Below are positions 30,335-38,334 of a DNA stretch of 64,000 nt, piece after piece. The position numbers and the translations under genes are program-made. The stretch's first letter is position 1; each line of letters starts with the position of its first letter. The notes under the pieces were generated by a model. It saw only the letters and a list, made by a program, of their open reading frames with translations. It was not told the origin of the DNA and searched no databases. The DNA is from Bacilli bacterium (lineage in GTDB: Bacteria > Bacillota_I > Bacilli_A > RFN20 > CAG-826). The stretch lies in assembly GCA_045597865.1 (NCBI GenBank), contig JAZLKX010000025.1, positions 160,001 to 224,000 on the forward strand, written 5' to 3'.

Positions 30335-31537
30335 ATGCTTAATGTAAAAATATACAAAACAATTGGTGAAATACATAACGTCATATCAAAGTCTAAAAGT
30401 AGCGACGAAGCTTTACGTAGCTCACTTAAGTTAATTGTCGATAGCTCAAATGCTTCTTTTGCAGTCCTTTGGTATTTAGATGCAAAAGATAATCTTGTTC
30501 ATCCTTTCTATTGGCTTTGTCCAATGGATCTTAGCTCTATTGCAATTTCTTTAGATGACGGAATTATTGGAAAATCAATAAGTGAATCCAAAACAATTGC
30601 AGTCTCAAATCTAAAAGATGAAGACAAAAAGCTATTTGATTCACTTGATAAACTTGTTGTTTCTAGCATGGTGGCAGTTCCTTTAGCAAATGAAGGATCT
30701 CAAAAAGGTCTAATTTCAATCTTCAAAGAAGAAGGAACATTTGATGAAGATGAAACTGATATGTATAACATTTTAGTGATGCTTATCGACACTCTTATCA
30801 AAGATAAGTTCACTGAAGTAAATTGGGATAACAAAGAAAAAATTATGTCAATTTCTAAACTTACAAAAGACTTTGAAAGTGGTGGAATATTAACTCAAGT
30901 ATTAAAAGGTATTAACTTCGATATCTTTGAAGGTGAATTCCTTTGTTTACTTGGAGAATCGGGATGCGGAAAATCAACTCTTTTAAACATTATTGGAGGA
31001 ATGGATGAAGCCACAAGTGGTGAAGTGCTCTTTCAAAATAAAGATATCGCTAAATCAAGCGAGAAAGAGTTAACAGAATATAGAAGAAACAACATTGGCT
31101 TTATCTTCCAAAACTACAATTTAATGCCAAACTTAACCGCTAAAGAAAATCTCGATTTAATCGGAGAACTTGTAAAGAATCCATTGGATTCAAAAGAAGC
31201 TTTAGAACTTGTTGGCTTGCAAGATAAGATGAATAACTATCCATCTCAGTTAAGTGGTGGTCAACAACAAAGAGTCTCAATTGCAAGAGCCCTCATAAAG
31301 AACCCAAAAATAATCATGGCAGATGAACCAACTGCAGCACTTGATTACCAAACTTCTATTGAGGTATTAAAAGCTCTTGAAAATGCCATCAAAGAAAAAC
31401 ACACAACATTGGTGATGGTTACTCATAACGAAGAAATATCAAAGATGGCTGATAGAGTCATACGTTTTAGAAATGGAAAGATATATGAAATATCAGTCAA
31501 CGCTCATAAACAAAAAGCAGAGGATTTGATTTGGTAA
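30335..31537 (+). CDS. ABC ATP-binding protein (LolD/MacB type) with N-terminal GAF domain
   Basis: GESGCGKS, LSGGQQQRVSIARAL, ADEPTAALD, VTH; N-terminal 160 aa GAF-like (GIIG.....K.I.V, SMVAVPL, F...E). Confidence 0.88.
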   Translation: MLNVKIYKTIGEIHNVISKSKSSDEALRSSLKLIVDSSNASFAVLWYLDAKDNLVHPFYWLCPMDLSSIAISLDDGIIGKSISESKTIAVSNLKDEDKKLFDSLDKLVVSSMVAVPLANEGSQKGLISIFKEEGTFDEDETDMYNILVMLIDTLIKDKFTEVNWDNKEKIMSISKLTKDFESGGILTQVLKGINFDIFEGEFLCLLGESGCGKSTLLNIIGGMDEATSGEVLFQNKDIAKSSEKELTEYRRNNIGFIFQNYNLMPNLTAKENLDLIGELVKNPLDSKEALELVGLQDKMNNYPSQLSGGQQQRVSIARALIKNPKIIMADEPTAALDYQTSIEVLKALENAIKEKHTTLVMVTHNEEISKMADRVIRFRNGKIYEISVNAHKQKAEDLIW

Positions 31538-31591
31538 TATAAAAATGTTCTTAAATAAGAAAAATATATAGTGTATACTACTAGACAAGAT

Positions 31592-32749
31592 ATGAAACTT
31601 TTAACAGTTAACTACAAAACCCCTCCAAAAATTCAAGAAGGCTTAGCCTTATGTCTTGGCTATTTTGATGGTGTTCATTTAGGACACGTTGCTTTAATTA
31701 AACACGGTCATATGAACCGCATCTATGATGGTGAAGACAATTTAGCACTTGGTGTTCTTACATTTAATAACCCAATTGCTAAATTTAAAGACAATGGAAA
31801 ATCAAAAGAAATTCTCACTACCATTGAAGATAGATCATCTATGATATCTAATTTAGATATCGTTGATTATCTTTTGGTAATGCATGTAGACGCTAACTTT
31901 ACAAATCTATCTCCAGAAGATTTCATAAACATCCTTAAAAAGATGAATGTTAAACAAGTCTTCTGTGGATCTGATTATCACTTTGGTAAAGATGGAGCAG
32001 GGGATGTTGAATTATTAAACAAACACTTTGTAGTAAATGTCTTAGACATCCATAATCCATTTGAAGAAAAGATTTCAACTCACACGATTATTGATCACAT
32101 CAAAAATGGTGAGATTGAAAAAGCAAATAAAGAACTTGGTTATCACTACGCCATTACTGGTAAAGTAGTCCAAGGAAAGAAAAAAGGAAGAGTTCTTGGC
32201 TTCCCAACAATGAATGTTAAACCTGTCGCGAACTATGTTCTCCCTAAGTTTGGTGTTTATAAATTACGTGTTGTCGTGGGTGTCCGTGAATACCTTGGCA
32301 TGACAAATGTAGGCATGAGACCAACACTTGGTTATGAAGGTGAAGAAGCCGGTATTGAAACACACTTAATTGATATCAAAATCGATGAACTTTATGGTGA
32401 AGAAGTCATCGTTACTTTTGAAGAATTCATCCGTGAAGAAAAGAAGTTTGATTCAGTAGATGAGCTTAAAGCTCAAATAGCAAGAGATTTGGAAAGTATT
32501 AAGAAAACAGTACCAGCTCAAGGAAACTATCGACCAATGGTTGATAATTCACCTCTAAAACTTTCAGATAACCTAGATAGACTTGTTATTGATTTTGGTT
32601 ACAATCCAGATATTGTCAGAAAAGTTTTATCTAACTCAATTGTCACTGTTAGAGGCTTCCTTGGAAGTGAAGAAGCACTTAAAAATGTATTAACTCCAGA
32701 AGAGCTAAATGACCTCAAAAAAGTTATTGCTTCTCACATGATTTATTAA
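31592..32749 (+). CDS. ribF: Bifunctional riboflavin kinase/FAD synthetase
   Basis: GYFDGVHLGH, G.DYHFG, KIST..I, GRVLGFPT.N, NVG.RPT, IETH, IREEKKF; about 80 aa C-terminal extension. Confidence 0.95.
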   Translation: MKLLTVNYKTPPKIQEGLALCLGYFDGVHLGHVALIKHGHMNRIYDGEDNLALGVLTFNNPIAKFKDNGKSKEILTTIEDRSSMISNLDIVDYLLVMHVDANFTNLSPEDFINILKKMNVKQVFCGSDYHFGKDGAGDVELLNKHFVVNVLDIHNPFEEKISTHTIIDHIKNGEIEKANKELGYHYAITGKVVQGKKKGRVLGFPTMNVKPVANYVLPKFGVYKLRVVVGVREYLGMTNVGMRPTLGYEGEEAGIETHLIDIKIDELYGEEVIVTFEEFIREEKKFDSVDELKAQIARDLESIKKTVPAQGNYRPMVDNSPLKLSDNLDRLVIDFGYNPDIVRKVLSNSIVTVRGFLGSEEALKNVLTPEELNDLKKVIASHMIY

Positions 32750-32773
32750 CCAAAAAACACTCAAAAATTGATC

Positions 32774-32806
32774 AAAAAATGCTTCGAAATTCGAGGCATT
32801 TTTCTT
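32774..32806 (+). terminator. Terminator after ribF
   Basis: AAAAATGCTTCGAA-A-TTCGAGGCATTTTT. Confidence 0.7.
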
Positions 32807-32828
32807 TATAAAAAGAATGGAATTTTTA

Positions 32829-32875
32829 AAGAAAACGCTATCATAAATGATAAAGCGCTTACGTAAACGCTTTCA
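32829..32875. promoter_or_regulatory. Three LacI/CcpA(cre)-type operator-like boxes
   Basis: GAAAACGCTATCA, TAAAGCGCTTAC, GTAAACGCTTTCA clustered upstream of the first starch-locus gene. Confidence 0.6.
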
Positions 32876-32980
32876 AAAATTAGTTCGATGAATTCGAGCT
32901 TTTTAAATTATAGGTTGTTGACTATAGGTATCTATATATAATATATATAAGTTTTTTATACGTATAAGGAGACCAGACTT

Positions 32981-35900
32981 ATGAGAAAAAATAGACTTAT
33001 CGCATTAATCGGAACACTTACAATGGCAGCCGCAGGACTTGCTGCTGTTTCAGCTGGTGTTTCAAGTAAGGAAGCAGACAGTGTTAGTGCTTACGGAAAA
33101 GATGACACTACCTGGTTTGTTACAGGCGATTTTAACAGTTGGAATAAAGCTGATAGCAATGCTCATTTAACTTATTCAAAAGATTCTGGAAATAACTGGG
33201 AATTTGCTTCTGACAATCCTATTGGTCTTGACAAGGATAGTAAGTTTAATATTGTTTACTCTTGGAATAGCGGCGCTGGTTATAATACTTTTACTCCTGA
33301 TTTGCTTACTAATTCAACCGATTTTACTAAAGAAAATGATTATTTTGTTCCTAGCAGAAATATTAAGGTAAATTTTTATTTACAAATTTATGGTTCAGGA
33401 GCTTCTTGGACAGGTCTTTATTGGTCTGAAGTTAAAAGCACATTGACAGTAAATACTAGTAGCTCAACAATGGGTTCTGTTTCTGCAACAAAAACTTCTA
33501 ATATTGCTTATAAAGAAAATGTAACTATTACAGCAACCCCAAAGACTGGTTATCATTTTGTTGAATGGAATGATGGAAATACAACTGCATCTAGGAGCGT
33601 TTCAGTTACTGATGATGTAAGTTATACTGCAACATTTGCTGCTAATACTGATACTGAGTATGCAGTGAAACACTATAAAGAAGATTTAACTGGTGGCACA
33701 TATACACTTTCAGATACGGATTATTCAACTGGTACAACTGGTGCAAATACTGCAGCTACTGCAAAATCATATGAAGGTTTTACTGCTCCATCAATTACTC
33801 AACAACCAATTGCTGGTGATGGAAGCACTGTTATTAATCTTAACTATACAAGAAATTCACATACATTAACTTGGGATTTTGATGGTGGATCTACTTCATC
33901 AGCATCAGGTTCTTACACAACCGGTTCAGTTAAATATGGAACAACAATTGTTGCACCAAACAATCCGACAAAGAATGGATTTGTATTTAATGGTTGGTCT
34001 GCAAGTATTCCTGCAACAATGCCAGATAGTGATGTAACAATAACAGCTACATGGATTGAAGAAACAAAAACAACATATCAAGTTCGTTGGTTAAATGGTG
34101 ATGGATCAGTTTTAAAAACTGAACAAGTTGAAGAAGGAACTGTTCCTTCATATAGCGGAACCGCACCAACCAAAGCTCAAGATACACAATACACTTATGC
34201 ATTTAGCGCTTGGTCTCCAACACCTTCTGCATTATATGCAGCTCAAGATTTTACTCCTACATTTACTCCTACGTTGAGAGGTTATACTATTACTTGGAAA
34301 AACGGAGATGGAACAACTATTGAAACTGATGAAGATGTAAAATATGGTGACACACCAACTTATAATGGCTCAACCCCTACAAAAACACCAACTACAGAAT
34401 ATTCATATACTTGGGATGAGGGTTGGACACCGGCTGTCACATCAGTTACTGGTGATGCAACTTATGTTGCAACATTTGAAAGTATAAAGAGTAAATACAC
34501 AATTTCTTGGAATGTCGGAGATGGTACAATTACAAGTGGTGATTCCGATTATACACATGGTTTAGTCGAATACGGAACAGCAATTGTTGCTCCAGAAGTT
34601 AGTAAACCAGGTTATGAATTAGCATCATGGTCTCCAGCATTAGGCTATAGTGCAACTGTTACTGGTGATCAAGAATTTGTTGCAAATTATAGAGTTCCAG
34701 CAGGCCAATACATTATTGGTGGCTTTAATAGTTGGGCTGAAAATGCTACCGGCGTTAAAATGAGCCCACTTGAGGAAAGCGGTGCTGGCGAATATGATCG
34801 TATTGCTGAGCATGTTGCTGTTAATCAAGCAAATGAAGTGCAAATGATATGGGTTAGTAGCAGTGATTATGCAATTCAATACAAAAATGCTTACAGCGTA
34901 ACCTACTACAATTCTCCATCTGGCCGTTGTGTTGCTGGAACAAAAACTGAAGGTGATTCTGGCAAGAGTGGTGATAATGCAGTATTACCAATAGCTGGTT
35001 CATACACTATTAAAACATATAAAGATAACGAACTTGATGACAAGTATAGACACTATGCTGTTATATTAGAAGAATATAAACTCGAATTTAATATGGGTGG
35101 TCATGGTACTGCTCCAAATACCGAATATGCATTATATAATGAAGCATTTGCAGAACCAATTGCACCAGCAAAAGATGGAAATTATACCTTTGCTGGCTGG
35201 TATACAGATACAAATTATGCGACAGAATTTGATTTCACAACCGCATATAATGCTAATAAGGTTGCATATGCAAAATGGAACTATGATTCTGTTCCAGTAA
35301 CAATTTCATTCAATACTAATGGTGGAACTACAATTAGCCCAATAAGTGGAAATTCTGGTCAATCTTATTCAAAACCAGCAGATCCGACAAAAACAAATCA
35401 TATTTTTGCAGGATGGACTTGGTCAGGACAAACAACACCAACCAACTTGCCTGATGTTTTACCTGATGCCGAAACTGAGTATACAGCAAATTGGACATTA
35501 GAAAGTGGTACATATTTGGCAATTATGCCAAATGGTTCATCTTCAATGCCAAGAGATGGTCAACTTAAATTTGATGTCCATCAAGGAACACAATTAGTTG
35601 TTAAAGGATTAGAATTGCATGAAGGCGATCAAATCAGACCATATTTTGGTTATGGAGAAAGTGATTGGAATAATATCAATTCTTATACATGGTCTCATCC
35701 AGACTATGCTGTATCAAAATCTGGTGATAATGTTTTAATTTCTGAAGATGGAATTTATGATATCTATTTCACATATGACACTTGTGCAATGCATGTTTCA
35801 GTTCCAGCTGAGCCAGAAAATGGTCGTTATTTAGTCGTTAATGGCGATACATCTAAGGATGCCTTAAAAGTTATGAGTGAACACTCAGGCTATACTGGAA

Positions 35901-36565
35901 CTGAATTCCTTTATAACGGAAACTTTGCTGCTGGTGATAAAATCTCTGCATACTATCAAGATTCATCAAAAGCTACTCAATATTATCCAGAACTTAACGA
36001 ATCAGTTAAGGTTTGGGAATATGTAGAAAATGAAGGATTAGTATGTCCAGAAGATGGCAACTACTCAATTTATTTGATTTCCGAGGATGGCGGAGATACA
36101 TATAACAAAATTTCTATTTTCAAAGAAGGCGAAGCAGACGCTAATGAATTTGCTAAGAATTTCTTGAGTGCAATTAAAGGACTTTGCGAAGCAACAGAAA
36201 ATATTAATGATGAAGATCGTGGAACAAAACTTGATGCTTTAGAATCTGCTTGGGATACTCAAGCTGGTAATTATGGCGAACTTTCTAACCAAGCTAAACA
36301 AGCATTAGTTGCACTTCAACCAGATCAAGAAGGAAATCCAATCCAACAATTCTTATCATTATATGATTACACAATTTCTAGATATAATGATGGTTCTGAA
36401 GTTGAATTAGATAACTTCTTAAATAGAACAGTTTCTGCATCAAGTAGAAAACTTATTTCTATAAGTGATGTTTCTACATCAACATGGATTATTGCAACAG
36501 TTGCAGTCGTTGGTATTGCAGCAGTTGGCGTATTCTTCATCTATAGAAAACGCAAAGAAATTTAA
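32981..36565 (+). CDS. Membrane-anchored surface protein with SusE/F-like starch-binding modules and InlB-B/Flg_new repeats
   Basis: Sec signal; WFVTGDFNSW and YIIGGFNSW modules; repeats P.K.GY.F.GW...T..A.W; GIYDIYF/GNYSIY modules; C-terminal helical domain, TM and KRK tail. Confidence 0.75.
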   Translation: MRKNRLIALIGTLTMAAAGLAAVSAGVSSKEADSVSAYGKDDTTWFVTGDFNSWNKADSNAHLTYSKDSGNNWEFASDNPIGLDKDSKFNIVYSWNSGAGYNTFTPDLLTNSTDFTKENDYFVPSRNIKVNFYLQIYGSGASWTGLYWSEVKSTLTVNTSSSTMGSVSATKTSNIAYKENVTITATPKTGYHFVEWNDGNTTASRSVSVTDDVSYTATFAANTDTEYAVKHYKEDLTGGTYTLSDTDYSTGTTGANTAATAKSYEGFTAPSITQQPIAGDGSTVINLNYTRNSHTLTWDFDGGSTSSASGSYTTGSVKYGTTIVAPNNPTKNGFVFNGWSASIPATMPDSDVTITATWIEETKTTYQVRWLNGDGSVLKTEQVEEGTVPSYSGTAPTKAQDTQYTYAFSAWSPTPSALYAAQDFTPTFTPTLRGYTITWKNGDGTTIETDEDVKYGDTPTYNGSTPTKTPTTEYSYTWDEGWTPAVTSVTGDATYVATFESIKSKYTISWNVGDGTITSGDSDYTHGLVEYGTAIVAPEVSKPGYELASWSPALGYSATVTGDQEFVANYRVPAGQYIIGGFNSWAENATGVKMSPLEESGAGEYDRIAEHVAVNQANEVQMIWVSSSDYAIQYKNAYSVTYYNSPSGRCVAGTKTEGDSGKSGDNAVLPIAGSYTIKTYKDNELDDKYRHYAVILEEYKLEFNMGGHGTAPNTEYALYNEAFAEPIAPAKDGNYTFAGWYTDTNYATEFDFTTAYNANKVAYAKWNYDSVPVTISFNTNGGTTISPISGNSGQSYSKPADPTKTNHIFAGWTWSGQTTPTNLPDVLPDAETEYTANWTLESGTYLAIMPNGSSSMPRDGQLKFDVHQGTQLVVKGLELHEGDQIRPYFGYGESDWNNINSYTWSHPDYAVSKSGDNVLISEDGIYDIYFTYDTCAMHVSVPAEPENGRYLVVNGDTSKDALKVMSEHSGYTGTEFLYNGNFAAGDKISAYYQDSSKATQYYPELNESVKVWEYVENEGLVCPEDGNYSIYLISEDGGDTYNKISIFKEGEADANEFAKNFLSAIKGLCEATENINDEDRGTKLDALESAWDTQAGNYGELSNQAKQALVALQPDQEGNPIQQFLSLYDYTISRYNDGSEVELDNFLNRTVSASSRKLISISDVSTSTWIIATVAVVGIAAVGVFFIYRKRKEI

Positions 36566-36585
36566 TCTTTGATTAAAAACTTAAT

Positions 36586-36613
36586 AAGGTGAGTCGAAAG
36601 ATTCACCTTTTTT
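36586..36613 (+). terminator. Rho-independent terminator
   Basis: AAGGTGAGTC-GAAA-GATTCACCTT followed by T tract. Confidence 0.8.
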
Positions 36614-36672
36614 ATAAAATATCAAAAAATGATGAAAGTGTTTGTTTTATAACGCTAAAATATAATGACATT

Positions 36673-36926
36673 GTGTTTTTACACTGGACTGCTCGTTTGG
36701 ATTCGGTGAGCCCTTAAATTGTCAGAAAAAAGCGTAAGGAGAAGTTCATGCTACTATTAGCAGTTTTAAAAGTGGTCATGGCTTCCGTGAGTTGATGGAT
36801 TTGTCGAGAAATTGACAGAAATACATCGTCAACTCTCTGAGCCGATGTACTAACCATATTAGTAACCATCTTTTTTGCGTTACTATAAGAAACTTTATTA
36901 CCGCCTCCCTCGGGAGGCTCTTTTTA
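36673..36926 (+). ncRNA. Unassigned structured RNA of about 250 nt
   Basis: Sits between two terminators, TATAAT at 36661, GC-richer than its flanks, long imperfect stem GAGTTGATG..TGTCGA-GAAA-TTGACA..CATCGTCAACTC, own terminator GCCTCCC-TC-GGGAGGC-T tract. Confidence 0.6.
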
Positions 36927-36980
36927 TTTTTAAAAATTGCGCGCGTGTAATATCTTTTAATTTAATATATAATAATAGCA

Positions 36981-37766
36981 ATGAATTCTGATATTAAGAT
37001 TATCTTTGTAGATATAGATTGGACACTTCTTGATCATTGTGCTCATGATTTTGACTATGTTTCTATAGAAGGACTTAAGAAAGCCCAAGAAAATGGTGTT
37101 TTAGTCTATTTAAACACTGCTAGACCTTATGAATCAGTTAACCAGATTGAATTACTTAAGAAATTCAAACCAGATGGCTTAATATGCACAAATGGTGGTC
37201 TTATCTTTTCTAATGACAGAGTCATTATGAAAAACATCATTCCAAGTAACTTTGTATCTAAAGTATTAGAGGTTTGTAATAAGAAGCATTTAGAAGTAGA
37301 GTATGGCACTATTAAAGATAGATATTTTTCAGTTCCATCTAATAAATACGTTACAAGATATTTCCAAACATTTAATGAAAAACCATGTCCTGTAAAAGAA
37401 TACACAGGTGAAGAAGTAACAAGTCTTCTTTTAATGTGTCCAAAACGTTTCGATAAACGTCTTTTAAAACGCATTCCAAAAGAGCTAGATTATTTTAGAT
37501 TTCATCCTTATGGAGTTGATATTCGTTACATAAGAAATGATAAAGGCAAAGCTATTGATTTTGTATTAAAATATCATAACTTAAGTTATGATAATGCACT
37601 CTCAATTGGTGATGATATGCAAGACATTTTTATGTTTGAGAAAACCAAATATTCCGCTGCAATGGGCAATGGTTTAGAAGAAGTAAAAAAGGCCGCAACA
37701 TACATTGCTAAGCCTATTAGTGAAAATGGTGTGCTTGATGCACTAAAATATTTCAAAGTTATTTAA
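36981..37766 (+). CDS. Cof-type HAD-IIB hydrolase
   Basis: IFVDIDWTLL, NTARP, ICTNGG, KG.AI, IGDDMQDIFM, AMGN. Confidence 0.9.
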   Translation: MNSDIKIIFVDIDWTLLDHCAHDFDYVSIEGLKKAQENGVLVYLNTARPYESVNQIELLKKFKPDGLICTNGGLIFSNDRVIMKNIIPSNFVSKVLEVCNKKHLEVEYGTIKDRYFSVPSNKYVTRYFQTFNEKPCPVKEYTGEEVTSLLLMCPKRFDKRLLKRIPKELDYFRFHPYGVDIRYIRNDKGKAIDFVLKYHNLSYDNALSIGDDMQDIFMFEKTKYSAAMGNGLEEVKKAATYIAKPISENGVLDALKYFKVI

Positions 37767-38232
37767 TAAACTTCCTTAAATCTACAGGACGTTTTTTAAA
37801 CATAACCACATAGATAAAGTAAATAAAGCAATTTAATAGTAAATAGCTTCCTATTGAAAGAACTACAAACATTGAAGTTCTGATAGGTTCTTCATTTCTA
37901 GTGAAAAACACTGTTAATGCAAGAGCAACTAAGCCAGCACCAAAGATAGTGCCAACAATAACTGCTACTAAAGGAACATTATTGACGTGTTGGTTTTCAT
38001 TAAAAGCAATTTTGTACAAAGAGCTTTCTTTTTTCCAACCTTTAATCATTACAACAAACTCTAAAAGTAAGAATCCTGCAGTTAACATTAATGCTATTAT
38101 TGAAAGAATATAGCCATTAGCTAATGTATTAAATACGTGTATTAATCCAAGAATAATGATTGCAAGTGGAATAAGTAGCAAGAAACATGCTACTAGTCTA
38201 AATGCAACATTTTTTCTTTCTTCAAAATTCAT
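37759..38232 (-). CDS. Hypothetical membrane protein (4 TM)
   Basis: Hydrophobic ORF convergent with the HAD gene. Confidence 0.7.
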   Translation of the reverse strand: MNFEERKNVAFRLVACFLLLIPLAIIILGLIHVFNTLANGYILSIIALMLTAGFLLLEFVVMIKGWKKESSLYKIAFNENQHVNNVPLVAVIVGTIFGAGLVALALTVFFTRNEEPIRTSMFVVLSIGSYLLLNCFIYFIYVVMFKKRPVDLRKFIK

Positions 38233-38334
38233 ACGTAAATTTTAACTGAAAATTTTATAAAATCAAATATTGATTTAAGGGCTTTCATTAATTATAATAA
38301 TTACAATATTGTAATAGGACAAGAGAGAATAATT

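Noticed and set aside
36673-36926. tmRNA, SRP RNA or RNase P RNA
   Set aside because: No tRNA-like ends or CCA, no SRP GGAA loop motif; only a partial P4-like match and too short for RNase P type B
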